Positions 1 to 13,125 of a stretch of 64,000 nucleotides of DNA are shown piece by piece. The first letter of the stretch is position 1, and each line of letters begins with the position of its first letter. The notes beneath the pieces are model-generated. The model did not search any database. It was not told the DNA's origin and saw only the letters and a program-made list of their open reading frames with translations. This DNA is from Lama guanicoe (lineage: Eukaryota): contig MU054323.1 in assembly GCA_013239625.1 (NCBI GenBank), positions 5,135,220 to 5,199,219 of the forward strand. Direction: 5' to 3'. The translations under genes were made by a program, and so were the position numbers.

Positions 1-814
1 TCTCCAGGGAAGCAGAAGAAATTAGCTTGACTATAATTAGTGTTTTAAAAAATCAAAAACAAAACAAAAAGCAAATGAACAAAACAAAACATAAAAGCAA
101 ATCAAGAAAATCCTTGGGCTGGAGCCCATTATATGAAGTCAGCTCAAACTTCCATCGTTACCAAAATATAAGAGTGGAAGGCTCCCCCATACAGATCTTT
201 TAATACTTGTTACTTGCTCTCCTTCAAGGCTGCTCTAACAGCCACATAACATTTTTCCCCTGTGAGTGATCAGAAGATCCACGGCCACTTCTCCTGAAAA
301 TTAGAGGCACAGTGTCCTCAAGCCTCCTTGGTGGCTGGGGGATCCACGCCCCCAAACCACAATTCCACCTGTTTGCTCACATATTGATCCCTAAACCAAA
401 TTCAAGTGTCCTTGAGTAACAAAAGGTTCTTTACGTTGTCAGTATAAATACAGTTTTTCATACATATGCTAACATCCTTTCTTTACACAGCCACTGTTTC
501 TCTTTGATTTGTGATATCTATCCAGTGCCTATAGATTTTGAATGAATGAACACAGTTTGAGCTGCTTACTGTGAAAGGGAAACAAACGGGAAACCAAGAC
601 CAGATGGGAGAAGAACCTTCGATTCAACGATTAAAGAGTGTGTAATGATGACAGGATTCAAAAGAAGACGTTTAGCATACAGGTTTAGAGTTTAAAATGA
701 TAGTGATCACATGAATAGGAACTCATCATCCAGGTTAAAGAATAGTACAGTATTTTAGTAATGGTAACGGTACTTTAGAAGAATCCTATGTGTCCTTCCT
801 AACTATGTCTCTCT

Positions 815-2030
815 CTCTCCCAGATGTAACCATTATCCTAACTTTGTATTATTTAATACAGTTTTAGCATGCATAAACATATTCCTAAAGTATATATTAT
901 TTATTTTTATCTACTTCTGAATTTTTTAACTTTACATAAATATATATTATACTGTATGTACTTTTATGTAATTAGCTATTTAAAACATTTTTACTCAATT
1001 GTATGTTTGTTGGGTTCATCTGTATGTAGTATCTGTAATTTATATACCACAAATTGTTTGCTGATTTTATGGCTGATAAACATTTGAACTTATTTAAAAT
1101 TTTTTTTTTGCAATTATGAAAATACTATGCTATGTGAAGTTTTATAAATATGTACTTGTTTAGGTAAATGTATATGTATATAACATAGAGATATGTACCA
1201 TATCTTCTGGTGTATATATGAAATTCTCTATGGCGTGTATCATGAGGTAGAATTCTTGAAATGTAGAGTATGTGCATTTACAAAAAAATGAAAATGAAAA
1301 TCGCCCTCAAAAGTGGACCAATTTACTCTCCTATAAGCAGTGTATGACAGTCCCCACTGCATACAGCCTACTGACATTTATTTTAAAGTTTTATAAATCT
1401 GGTAGATCTGAAAGGGTACCTCAGTGTGATTTTAAGTTATAGTTTCCAGATTACTAATAAAATGGAGCAGCTTTTCACAGGTTTAAATGGCCTTTGGAAT
1501 TCCCCGCCCTGGTAGTTATTTTACATTCGGGTGCTTACAGTTCTTCCTTATTCATTTATACAAATTATTATTTGACACTCATCTTTCATTCATTGAAAAT
1601 ATTTCCTAGAGTGTGTGGCTTGTATTTTTAACCTCTATATGAAACATATTAATTGTTTTCTTATTGTATCATGTTTTAAAAACTCATTCCATACACAAAG
1701 TCATACAGATATTTTCTTCTAAAAGTTTTAAAGATTTTCCTTTCACACTTTAGTCTTTAATTCAGTTGGCATTAATTAGTCTGTGATGTTGAGATGTGAA
1801 AGAGACATGCATTTTTTATTTTCCATATACAAAGTCATTTCTCTCTCAATTTTCGTTTTCTCTTTAGTGCATAGCAGCCCTGCTCACCCCAATGCAGTGA
1901 GCAAAGAGTTTTCAATGCTACCTTTTCCCGTGTCAAGAGTCAACATACATATAGATCTGTTTCTGGGAATTCTATTCTGCTTTATTTGCCTATCCAGTTC
2001 TCTGTCCAGTTTAAATAGCTTACTTCCTAT
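815..2030 (-). mobile_element. Old L1 (L1M/L1ME-type) 3' UTR and ORF2 3' remnant
   Basis: T-rich tract with degenerate antisense L1 landmarks (e.g. 'ctctcctataagcagtgtatgacagtccccactgc', 'tatagatctgtttctgggaattctattctg'); boundaries approximate. Confidence 0.7.
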
Positions 2031-2199
2031 GTGACAGAGAAAATTGAGGCAATTAGAATTCAAGTTCCACGCCATCACATCTACGTGCTGCACCAGCATC
2101 TGGTAAAAGAGATTACAATATTCATCTTTGCTTATGACATTAGAACTGAGATTTTTCTCTGTGTCAGTCTGCATTTGTGTACAGTCTCAACCACTTTAT

Positions 2200-3695
2200 T
2201 TTACTTAAGGACAAGACACCAGCAACTCTCCCTTCTCTTTCTCTTCATTAATGTTTCCTTCTCTGAAGAGTTGTTCTCATCAGCATATGGGTATTCTTTC
2301 TCTCTTTTTCTTTAAAAGAAACAAATAAAATAAGACCCTTCTCCCGACTATGTATATCCTCTGGCTACACCCAGTTCTCTGCTCCCCTTTATAGCAAAAC
2401 TCTTTGAGAGGGTTGATTGGACTCACTGCTTTAATACCTCTGGTCCTATTTTCTGTCCCAAGCTCACCCTACTTGGGCATTCAGTTCCACTCTTCTGAAG
2501 CTGCTCTTGTAAAGATCACCAAAGGCTTATCTGTTGACACATTTGACTAAAATTAGATTTCAGAAGACTGATCACTCTTTCCTTGAAAAACCATCCCACT
2601 GGCTTCCAGAACACCAGACTCTGGTAGTCCTTGTCCCACATCGTGGACTGCTCCTGAACCATCTTTTTTGTGGCTCTTTGTCTCATCCCTGACCTCTTAA
2701 AGTTGAACCACATCAATGACCAGCTCGAGTCACCTTTACTCTTTCCTTTACGTGTTTCATGCAAACCACCAAGAGAGGCCATAGGCTCTGTCTTCAAACA
2801 CACCCAAAAATCTAACCAATCCTTTCCATCTCCACAGTTGTCACCCTGGTCTGAGCTGCCCCCACCTCTTGCCTGGATTATCACATGAACCTCTCGCTTC
2901 ACTATTATCAACATGGTGACCATAGCGATCTTTTTAACAGGCAAGTTTGGTCATCATTTACCTGTCAAAATCCTGCAGCGATGCCCCCATTTCATACAGT
3001 AAAAGCCAAATCCCTTGCCATGGTTTATCAAGCGTTCTGTGATCTTACCCCTGTTCTCTCTCTGACTTCACCGCTGCCACTCTCTCCTCTTCCCACTCCA
3101 CTGCAGCCCACTGCCTTGAAAAAGCCATGCACACTCTCACCTGAGCTTTTGTTCTATCTGCCCCCTCTGTGGAGATAAACCACGTAACAGGCTCCCTTAC
3201 CTCTGACAAGTTTTTCCTAACAAAATTTTGAAAACTGGAAATTAAAATGAACACCTCCTCTTAGCACTTACTACCCCATTTACCCTCTTCATTATCTTCC
3301 CCATTTCTCACCTTCCAGTAAAGTATGTAACCTACTGAATTACTACAGTCATTGTCTGTCTTCCCAGTGGTACACTGGGGCTGGCTCATTACAACTGAGG
3401 AGAGCTGACTGAACGCCTTCCTTGACGACTCTCTGTCATTTGGTACCTTGAAATTGGCCATGGTAGAGGTTTTACATCACAGAAATCAGCAAATGCTACC
3501 AACCAGAGCCTTTTTTTCTCTGGATGTTAAAAATTTACCAGCATAGCCCTGATTTTCCCCTCCTAGAACAACTCTTCTTTCCCACTAGATTGGAGCAGGA
3601 ATTTGTATTTATTTCACTCACTGCTGTTTCCCTAGCACTTAGGATAATACCTAGCATTTATTAGGCAGTTTAAGAAATTAGGAAATGAATGAGTA
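2200..3695 (+). mobile_element. L2 LINE (L2a-like) 3' part, interrupted by MER63
   Basis: L2 motifs 'cactctttccttgaaaaaccatcccactggcttccagaacacca' and 'cacctcttgcctggatta', plus the 3' tail 'cactgctgtttccctagcacttagg...aaatgaatga'. Confidence 0.8.
3364..3551 (+). mobile_element. MER63A-like hAT (Blackjack) non-autonomous DNA transposon
   Basis: Starts ccagtggtacactgg; internal 'ttgaaattggccatggtagaggttttacatcacagaaatcagcaaatgcta'; ends 'tttaccagcatagccctg' (degenerate terminal inverted repeats). Confidence 0.75.
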
Positions 3696-3699
3696 GAGA

Positions 3700-5700
3700 G
3701 GTGTATATGATTTTTTCTCCTTAATCAGTAAATATGGTAATTTACATCACAGGGTTTTCCTATTTTTTAAAGGATGAATTTCCGGAATAAACTCAACATT
3801 GCAATAATGTATTTCCTGATATACATATACATTCTATTTTTAGTATGCTGTTTAAGAATGTTGCATCTATAATTATCAATAAGATTATCCTGTTGGTTCC
3901 CAATTGTGTTGCTTTATGTTAGGTTTTCATCTCAAAGTTATTGTGAACTATTATATGAATCCAGGAGAATTATTTCAACTTTTATTTTCTGAAAAATTTT
4001 GTGTGATATTGGAATTATGTGTTTCATGAATATTTGGTAGAATTAGCCTGTAAGACTATTGGAATTTTCTTTGGGGGAAGATTTAATATAATTCTTTTTA
4101 ATAAATTTAAGACTATTGATATTTTCTATTTCTTCTTAAATTTATTTTTGCTACTTATATTTTTCTAGGAATTCACTCCCTACAGATATGCTTAGAATTT
4201 ATTAGCATATCATTACTTTAATCTGTGCCACATCTGTGGTCATGGCCCATTTTTCTCACCTAATATTGTTTATTTAGGGTCTTCACTGTGCTTTTCTTTA
4301 TCTGGAAAATTGAATTGTCCATTTTATTTGTCTATTCAAAGAGCATATTATGTCTTTTTTGATTCTTTCTCCATTCTATCTTTGTTTTAGTCTTTCATTA
4401 ATTTACCATTTTGTAAATTACCATTATTTTAAAAAAATTATTTCCTTCTTAAATTTTTGCTTCATTAATGTGGTGGGCAAAATTCTAAAAACGATTCCAT
4501 GCCCTAATCACCTGAACCTGTGAATATGATGAGATGGCACTCCCATAATTATGTTATGCTAAATGGCACAGTTGAATTTAAAACAGGGAGATTATCTGAA
4601 TGTGTATAATATAGTCCCATAGGCCTTTTAAAAGCAGAGAATTTCTACTTCTGTAGCAGAAGAGACACAGATGGAAAGCATGAGGGGTATTTGATGTTCT
4701 ATTGCTGGGATTATAAATGAAGCTAAATGTGTCCATGTAACTGAGTTCTGGCCATCAGTATGAGAGGGAGATGCTGGGGAAAGTTCCAGGTTACTCTTCT
4801 GAGTACAAAATTCTTGCTCTAGAATTTCTGGTTTCCACATATTCCTACTGATAAGATATAGTGAATATTTAAATAACTTTAGAAAATATATTGAGAAAAG
4901 CAGAGGCTCCCTTCAACTTCTAAACCACTTATATCCAGAACTTTATGGGAGGGAGATATGAACTCTATTTTATTTAAGCCACTGTGTTTTAGACTCTCTT
5001 GATCTAAGCTTGCTTGGCTTGTACCCTAACCATTACAATATAATTAGAAATTGCTCACTTAAATTTGTATGTCTTTTAACTTCTCTTTCAAATTTTCAAT
5101 ATGCCTCCTCATGACCCTGTGCCTCATTGTACTATCATTCGATAGTGTCAGATCTATAATCCAGTTTGCTAAGTCCCTCTTCAGCTACGTCTGATTGAAC
5201 GTTTATTCTGTCCACTGAATTTTCATTTCAATTATTGTACTTTCCAATTGTAATCAGTTCCTTTGCAAACATATCCCTGTTGATTTAAATATTATCTACC
5301 CATTTATGATATGTTGTAATTATCTCTTTAATTCTTTAAAAATATTAAATCTTCTGCTAATCTCCAAATTGGTAGTCTTTGAAGTCTTGTGTAATTAGTT
5401 ATTTCTGGATCTCTTGACTGTTAGTGCCATGATTTGCTGAATAATTTCTCATTGTGAACACATGTCTCCTGAAACTCTGTTTATGAGAGTTTGTTGAGAT
5501 GAGATCTAGGTTTAAACTACATTACTCCAGAGAGGATAATCATTTGCTTCTGACTAATGCCTGGAAGTCTACCATTTAGAGCCATGTTAAACCACATTTC
5601 TTTTGGGAAGTGGGTTGAGAGGCAAAGAGAATGTGAATTCTAAGCCTCAAAAACCCAAGGAGAAGAATTTGAGATTTAAAATTCCCATCAAATTTCTTTT
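3700..5700 (-). mobile_element. Old L1 ORF2/5' remnant, interrupted by an MLT1 LTR
   Basis: Antisense L1 ORF2-like text ('ttttttctccttaatcagtaaatatggtaatttacatc', 'gaatatttggtagaattagcctgtaagactatt'); same orientation as the 815-2030 L1. Confidence 0.65.
4469..5037 (+). mobile_element. MaLR LTR (MLT1E-like 5' part; the 3' part may be a second MLT1)
   Basis: Begins tgtggtgggcaaattctaa; 'acctgtgaatatgatgagatggcactccc'; 'acagggagattatc'; 3' end 'tttaagccactgtgtttt...taaccattaca'. Confidence 0.7.
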
Positions 5701-6894
5701 TTCTTTTTGTAAAATACTATCACTTAGACACAGTGTGCCAAAAGGGATACAGGCCCCACATCTCCCACTCTAGGGAACACCTGTGCTTTCTGCTTTGCCA
5801 TCGAGATCGCTGACCTTCAGTACACCTAGACACATGCCGTAGTCCCAGTTATCTGTGAGGTCTCCAGAGTGAGCAGAATCCCCCAGAGCAGTCTCAGTTC
5901 TTGCTTTCCCCTCTCGGTTTGGGCTTTCTTATAATTTCATTTCTTTACTTTTCTACCAGATCAACAATGACATGAAAAATGTTTATTTAAGTGTGACTTA
6001 GTGGAAGCTGCTTGCTTACACATCGAAACTTCGATACTTCTAGATAAGCTTGAAATTTTCCCCAGACCGTGTATTATTATGTCAGATTATCTTTTGGGTT
6101 TTTTTGGGGGGGGCTCATTTTCTGCCTTCCTCTCTTTAGAATATAACTTTCTGAGACAGGAAACTTGGTCCTATTTATAGCTATATCTCCAGGGCCTGTA
6201 ACAATGCCTGGCATAGAAGATGCTCAATAAAAAATTCCCCAAATTAAAAAACATATAATTATAAACATATAAATATATAATTATATACTTACACACATAC
6301 ACATATACATGTTGCATGCACTTAATGTATATGTGTGTATGTACATATGTATACCTATATAATTTGAATCTGAATCCATTTTTAAATCACCTAATCAGCC
6401 ATAGAATATTGTAATTTTAACAGGTGTTAAATATAATACTAAGATTAAATATGCATCACAAAAATTAAGGAATTCATCGCATCAAGTGTTGGATAAAAAT
6501 GTAAATGGGAGCTCTTTGGACAAGATTGGTTATTAACATGACAGACACAGCAGACAAATACATACTTTTAAAGTCCTGAGTTATTGTAATATATATAGTC
6601 ACTGAACGTTAACCTTAATTTCAGGTTGTCATCCAGGTTAGCATCCTTAATGCATCATTTCCCCGTTGGCTTTGAAAGTTGCTGCATTAGAGATTGTCAC
6701 TCGGAGGTTTGAGGCACCTGGAGTTACTGTACTATGACTGACATGAGCATTGAGCAGTCCTTCATAGCCTCTGCCAGCATGCCTTTATCCTCAGTAATGG
6801 GAGTAGATTAGATAATTGGATGGTTCAGCAAGAATTCATGTATGTGTATTTGATGGAAGCAAAAACATGTGTTGAAGAATGCAAATCTGAGGAT

Positions 6895-7056
6895 GAACCG
6901 TGTTGCTGTGGAAAGAACGCTGGACCCCGGGTTTGGAGATTCAGGTTTTAAGCCTAGCTGATCCTCTCACTAGGTGTTTCACTCAACCCTTCTGGACCTC
7001 AGTCAATTCATCTGTAAACTAAAAGGATGTGGTAGGAAAGGTCCCTTCCAATTCTA
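6895..7056 (+). mobile_element. MIR SINE (MIR3-like)
   Basis: 'gtggaaagaacgctggac...ctggacctcagtcaattcatctgtaaa...aaggtcccttccaattcta' matches the MIR core and tail. Confidence 0.7.
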
Positions 7057-7639
7057 TTACCAAATATTTCAAAAACTCACAGACCTGCTAAAGATCAAAT
7101 AAAGTCTTGGAATAAGGTATTCCTCCTTTCTGGTATTCAGTCTAACGTAAGCCTTTGCTGGATCATTTTCAGCATTTATTATGTACTATGAGTACATGAT
7201 GCCTGTCCCCAAGTGCTTCCCCAAAGTTGTTGATGATATAATGAAAGACAGAGCTCTACACAGAAAATAATGACTTTATCACCTTGAGGGAGAAAAGCTA
7301 GGGATCCCTTAGAGGCATTTAGGGTCTCTGGGTATTATCTCTAATCTAGTTGGGTGCATGGGTATTGGACTGTGGATGGTAGTTCCTATTAGCACTTTGG
7401 TGCCACCCACCTCTGACTTCTAAATCCCATGCTTCCTTGTTTTTCACCGTCACTTATCTCTGGTTGGATTCCGTTTCTTCTCCTTCCTCAGTTTGCCATT
7501 TATATCTACTCTGTACCATCAGCTGAACAACAGAGAATGAAAGTGTGGTGCTTTTAACGTATGCTGACCTTAGCCCGTCAAATAGCTGAAGCAATGCATC
7601 AGCCCTGGCCTCTGTCTGCTTCTCAAAGTGAAATACTGA

Positions 7640-7810
7640 TGGAGATGATACAAATTACCCATATCAGTAATAAAATAAGGGTCATCAATACTGATCTCAT
7701 GAACATTAAAAAGAATAAATAAGATGCACAATTTTATGTCCATAAATTTGATAACTTAGATGAAACTGACCAATTCCTTGAAAGACACAAACTGCCAAAG
7801 CTCACACAGG
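7640..7810 (+). mobile_element. L1 ORF2 internal fragment
   Basis: 'aaatttgataacttagatgaaactgaccaattccttgaaagacacaaactgccaaagctcacacag' translates KFDNLDETDQFLERHKLPKLTQ, a recognisable L1 ORF2p segment between the EN and RT domains. Confidence 0.85.
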
Positions 7811-8329
7811 TTCTGCCCTCCTAAACCAGACGGGATAAAACAAACAGTACAACGTCAGCCTCAGCCCACTGATGAGAGTAAGCGTTCGTGGTGGTGCAAT
7901 GCCTATTAACAGTGAGTTTAGGGGAACTCTGGTCATACCTTTTCACTTATCACTGACCACGTTGGTCAGGTCTAGTAACTGTGGATGGAGGTCCTGTCAT
8001 AGCAGAAGGATGAGCCAGACCCAAGACGCCTTCTGCAGCTTCATTCCAACACTCTGTCTCCCTCACCATTTTACTGCTGTAAATAATAAATCCTACCACC
8101 ACATGATTACACTTGCTAACAGTGGGTTTCTTGGATTTCTCTTTGGGAATCATGGCTTCCAACCAGGTCAATTTTTTTTTCCTATCTTCTTGTCTTTCTT
8201 CACTGGTTTCCTTTCTCCTGGTCCATCATGATAATCTCTAGATACTGCCTACGTAATGACATAGTAGCCCTTTTTCTATCTTCAGGCAGAGTAGGAAGCA
8301 AAAAGCAGTTTAACAGCTCAACCAGTTGG

Positions 8330-8565
8330 AGGTATGTCATAGTAGTCAAGAGGGGCACAACATGAGAGAGAGACCTAGCTTAGACCTAGCTTGGTTTCCT
8401 TAATGGTATAATGAACTTGGACTTCACTCATTCTTTTCAGTTCCTCAAGTTTAATCTAAGGATACAAATATCAACTTCACAGGGATGCTGTAAATATTAA
8501 ATGAGATGACACACATAAGAAATGCACCTCAGAAGCTGCAGGCAACACTCAATAAATAGAAACTA
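8330..8565 (+). mobile_element. MIR SINE
   Basis: 'cagttcctcaagtttaatctaaggatac...cacagggatgctgtaaatattaaatgagatga...ctcaataaat'. Confidence 0.65.
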
Positions 8566-11500
8566 AAAGAAAATCTGAACTAGTATTTGCTTTACAGATA
8601 CCTCTATCATTGGTCCACTAGAGGCATTTTAATTGGATCAATCCTGCTTCTTCCATTTTTTATTTCTCCTGTCTTCCATATATAGGATTGAAAAGGCTCT
8701 CAGGGACCAAGTCTTGCCTTTTCTAAAGGAAATATTGCTTAATATTCCATTTTTCAATTGAAAGCAGAATCAGGACTTGCACTCAGGTCTACACTTTCAG
8801 AGTAAAGGAACTGGGAGGCTGGTTTGGGGTGGGGGTAGTTTGGGAGGACTGAGGACTACAGCACTCCTTTCTTTTGTGTGGAACTTTAAAAGGAAGAGAC
8901 AGGTCCCTCCAGTCCCTTTCTTTGCTGAATCTCACTAAAGAAAAGAGTAGAAAATGGCAGAGAGCCAGAGAGGCAAGGCCCTTGGTTATAAGTGCTAAGT
9001 CACAAAGGAAAGAAAACGGCAGAAAATTCAGTCCCCCATGTAATATCCATTAAATAGAGCCCTGAAATATATTAGCCAATTATACTCTTCTCCAGCAACC
9101 TGGGGAGTGTCTCCAAACATTATCAACAAAAACAGGTACTCAGAAAAACAAATGCGCTAGAGCCAACCCACCTCTAAGTATGAAGTGCTGAAAAATCTAG
9201 GATTTAGTCCAAGACTAACTTTAATCAGGAACTGGATTTTAATTTTAAAATGGAAATAATGTAAGGAGAAGGGACGAAAACTTAAGCTGAGTGGCTGAAA
9301 ATTAAAGAGAATGTTGAAGGCTACAGAAAGTTGGCAAAGTGGAACTGGCTTTCATTTCACACACAGACCAACTGCCTAAGCTCAGAATGAGTCTTCAATG
9401 CCAAAATGTGTTGGGGCTCCTAGCCTTTGTCTCTGGTTGTGTCTGGAATCTATTCTGCAGTGAACTTCATCATTAAAACTCCCTCATGATTAGCTGCCCT
9501 GCACGGACCCCCTCTGAGTAGGCTGAGTCAGATGCTGTTGTCAGAGAATCAAGATTATTACCACCATTCTTACCAGATGTGTATGAGAGACAACCATCTA
9601 GTAACTTCCCCACACTCTTCCATCACATATTGGCACCCCTGGTTCCCACACACATGCTCAACATGCTTACTAGTCCCTGGATCCTGCCCCTAATCTTAGG
9701 TCAGGTCTCTCTAGCAAGTACCACATTCTTTCCACCTGGACTGTCAACCCAGGACTGGATCCCACTCCCTATGATAGTGTGCACCATCTACCTGCTCCAA
9801 ATGACCTCCCAGGCTCCAGGCTGCCTTAGCCACTGTCTCCAGCTCTTAGCCAACCTCTTCTAACCTCTCACTTCTCCTTCCCCTTCCTTTTACTTTCTCC
9901 TTGGATCCTCTCCTGATCACCCATTTCACCTGCCCAAAGCTCTCCATGTCCCTCTTGTCTAGGACTCACAAACCTCTGATGCTAGCCTCTACAAGTCCAA
10001 TATTCCCTGCCGTCATGAAAGTCAAATTATGAATCCTACAGCATTTTGACAATATCAGTAGGGGTGAGTGGCAGAGAGCAATTAGGCCTAAAAATGAACT
10101 GAACTTGCTTCCTGGCCTCAAAGTCTTAATACTTCACCAGAAAAGATGGCCACAAAGAAGTAGGTCACAACCTAAGGAAGCTGATATTAAAAAAAACAAT
10201 ACAGGGGGCAGATCAACAATGGACTATGTTTCTAGCTTCCAACTCCTCTGCTCCTTTCATTTCCTATTTGTATGTGACATGTTCTGAACCCATTTATTTT
10301 GCAAGATTATTACAGCTTCCTACAACATCATTGCTCACCTCAATGCTGTCCGTGGTATTATACTGATAAAACTAGCTCACAAGAAACATGAGACAATGAC
10401 ATCTTTTACCCCATGGCATAGCTTTCCTTCCCCTTCGTTCATTGTCTGAGATCTACATGCTGGACCAAAACCCAAATATTATGCCTTTGCTTCATATTTT
10501 TTAACATTCAGTCCACCTTCTGAATGTCAAAAGCATCTCCCCCTCTTCCTCTCATTGTATAATATGGGACAAAGAGTATCCCCATTTTCCATCTGATCTC
10601 TGTCCTCTACAAGAGTCTATGCTCATTTACTGTACAGAGACATAAAATTTGCCTTAGGACTGAGTCCTGAATTTCTCTTTAAGGGTTAGATAAAGGAGCC
10701 TGAAGATCCTAGGTTATTGGGGCACGTGTACAGAAAGGATGGTCCAGATGTAAGGCATCAGGCTGATGGTACAGGTGCAAAAGGATAGGAAAGGGACCTG
10801 GGTCCTTCAGTGCCTTTTCTACCTGAGGGCAATGGTAGCTTGGAAGTGACAAACTATCAGGTGATGTCACCATATAACCGTGGAAATTTGGGAGAGGGTG
10901 GCATGCAGGAAGTGACAAACGTTTAAAAAAGTTTAAAAAGGATGTCAAAGGCTGGTCTTATCCTTGTAGCTGTTATCAGCCACTCAGGCCTCCTATTCCT
11001 CCTCTGAGAACTAGATCCTTAAGGACGACCCATGGCTTGAAATTTTCATGACCCCATTGTCAAAGAGATCCTTTCTGCTTTTACCAATTTTTGTACAAAA
11101 TTAGGATTCTTCTGTAATGCAACCATCTGTTTATGTTTCAGGGCCTCTTATGAGATTGTGAAGTATTGGAGGGCAGGGTATGTATCTCAATACCCTATGC
11201 AAAATGGTGCCCAGGACAGTGTCTGACGCCTGACAGATGCTCACTAAATCATCACTGAATGACCAGATGGAAGGATGAAGAATGTCGTATCTAGTGGACT
11301 CGTTGTGCATGAATGGACTGTGATGTTTTACCTGTTCTCAAAGGCCCCTGTTTTCCTAAGGAAGTGTCAGCAGTGAAGGGATTCATAATTACTGAGACTG
11401 CTGAAGTTCTCAGTTTCCCCAAAGAATATTTCACTGCTACATTTTCCTATTATGTGGGGGAGTTTAACAGTTTACTTGGTTTCAATAGGGAGATTTACTT

Positions 11501-11569
11501 GATAACTGAAAGGAAGATGGTCTCACTAATCACTTTGTCATTATTGCTAGTTGGAGACTGAATAAAATA

Positions 11570-11770
11570 ACATTTTAATTTCTTAAACACTTACTCTTTT
11601 TAGGCACTTGCTAAGCACTTTATAAATAAAAACTCACTTGATTTTCCCCCAAACCCTGCAAAATAAGTATAATTGTGTTTGTTTTGTAGATTGTGGAATG
11701 GAGACACAGAGAGATTTTAGCAATCATAGATTTTAGCTATGTCTGGTAAATGATAGAGCCAGAATTTTTT
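11570..11770 (-). mobile_element. MIR SINE
   Basis: Antisense MIR: 'ggcacttgctaagcacttta...aaccctgcaaaataag...ttttgtagattgtggaatggagacacagagag...gatagagccagaattt'. Confidence 0.7.
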
Positions 11771-12309
11771 TCCTAATGGTTTGTGTTTACTAGATTCTTG
11801 ACTCAAAAAGATTACACTAAAAGTTTTGCATGATTGTCAGTGTAAACACATTTCCTGTTAATGATGTATTACATTGTTTTAAGTGGAATATTTTCTTTTG
11901 ACCCCAGGAACAAAATACAAAGTATTTGTTCTGATCAAAGTCTTGGGATATATAATAAAAATATTCTCAGATACCAGTCATGACAAGGCATGAGACAATT
12001 AATGTGTTACAATCAAAGTTTGGAAGGTGGATAATTATGATACTGTCTGACATATAATAATATGTATCAAGACTGGACCCTCACTGATTTGGGGATGGCC
12101 AGCTAAGAATGACAAGCACAATATTAACACTAACATATACATTACATGCCACATTTGCTCCCTTTATTTAATAAATATTTTTGGAGCACCCAGTTACATG
12201 CCAGGCACTGGATGAGTTTCTAAGACTACATCCATTTAATCTCCTTGGTGTCTCTATAATCATGTATTTGCTTCCTGTACCCATTGTTCTTGACATGGTC
12301 TGGGTTCTT

Positions 12310-12497
12310 ATCTTCTATTTGCTGGACAAAAATCTTCTGATCTGCTGCTTGGCTATAAATCTCCAATGGTTCTTATTATATTCGGACTTGAACCCAATCT
12401 TTCTCCCCAACTGCCAAAACCCCACTGCAGTAGTCCTTCATGAATGAAGTCTTCCTTACCATCTTTAACAAGTGTCACAATTTTTTTTTTCTTAACA
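12310..12497 (+). mobile_element. ERV1-class LTR 3' half (MER31-like)
   Basis: 'cttggctataaatctcc...tattcggacttgaacccaatctttctcccc...aagtcttccttaccatctttaacaagtgtca...cttaaca' with a CA 3' terminus. Confidence 0.65.
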
Positions 12498-12526
12498 TTC
12501 CCCATTGCTCTTTGGATGATAGTCTT

Positions 12527-13125
12527 TTTTTTCATTTTTTATTGATTTATAATCATTTTACAATGTTGTGTCAAATTCCAGTGTTCAGCACAATTTTTCA
12601 GTCATTCATGGACATATACACACTCATTGTCACATTTTTTTCTCTGTGATTTATCATAACATTTTGTGTATATTTCCCTGTGCTATACAGTGTAATCTTG
12701 TTTATCTATTCTACAATTTTGAAATCCCAGTCTATCCCTTCCCACCCTCCACCCCCCTGGCAACCACAAGTCTGTATTCTCTGTCTGTGAGTCTATTTCT
12801 GTCCTGTATTTACGCTTTGTTTTTGTTTGTTTGTTTGTGTTTGTGTTTGTTTTTGTTTTTTAGATTCCACATATGAGCGATCTCATATGGTATTTTTCTT
12901 TCTCTTTCTGGCTTACTTCACTTAGAATGACATTCTCTAGGAGCATCCATGTTGCTGCAAATGGCATTATGTTGTCGGTTTTTATGGCTGAGTAGTATTC
13001 CATTGTATAAATATACCACATCTTCTTTATCCAGTCACCTGTTGATGGACATTTAGGCTGTTTCCATGTTTTGGCTATTGTAAATAGTGCTGCTATGAAC
13101 ATTGGGGTGCAGGTGTCATCCTGAA
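12527..13125 (-). mobile_element. Young 5'-truncated L1 (probably camelid lineage) with a perfect 16-bp TSD
   Basis: TTTGGATGATAGTCTT at 12511-12526 and 13126-13141; poly-T tail; minus ORF gives an uninterrupted ORF2p C-terminus DTCTPMFIAALFTIAKTWKQPKCPS...MRSLICGI*. Confidence 0.95.

Noticed and set aside
2516..2944. Longest ORF (142 aa)
   Set aside because: Antisense reading of the L2 element.
7872..8231. Processed pseudogene suggested by overlapping ORFs
   Set aside because: No recognisable protein, poly-A tail or TSD.
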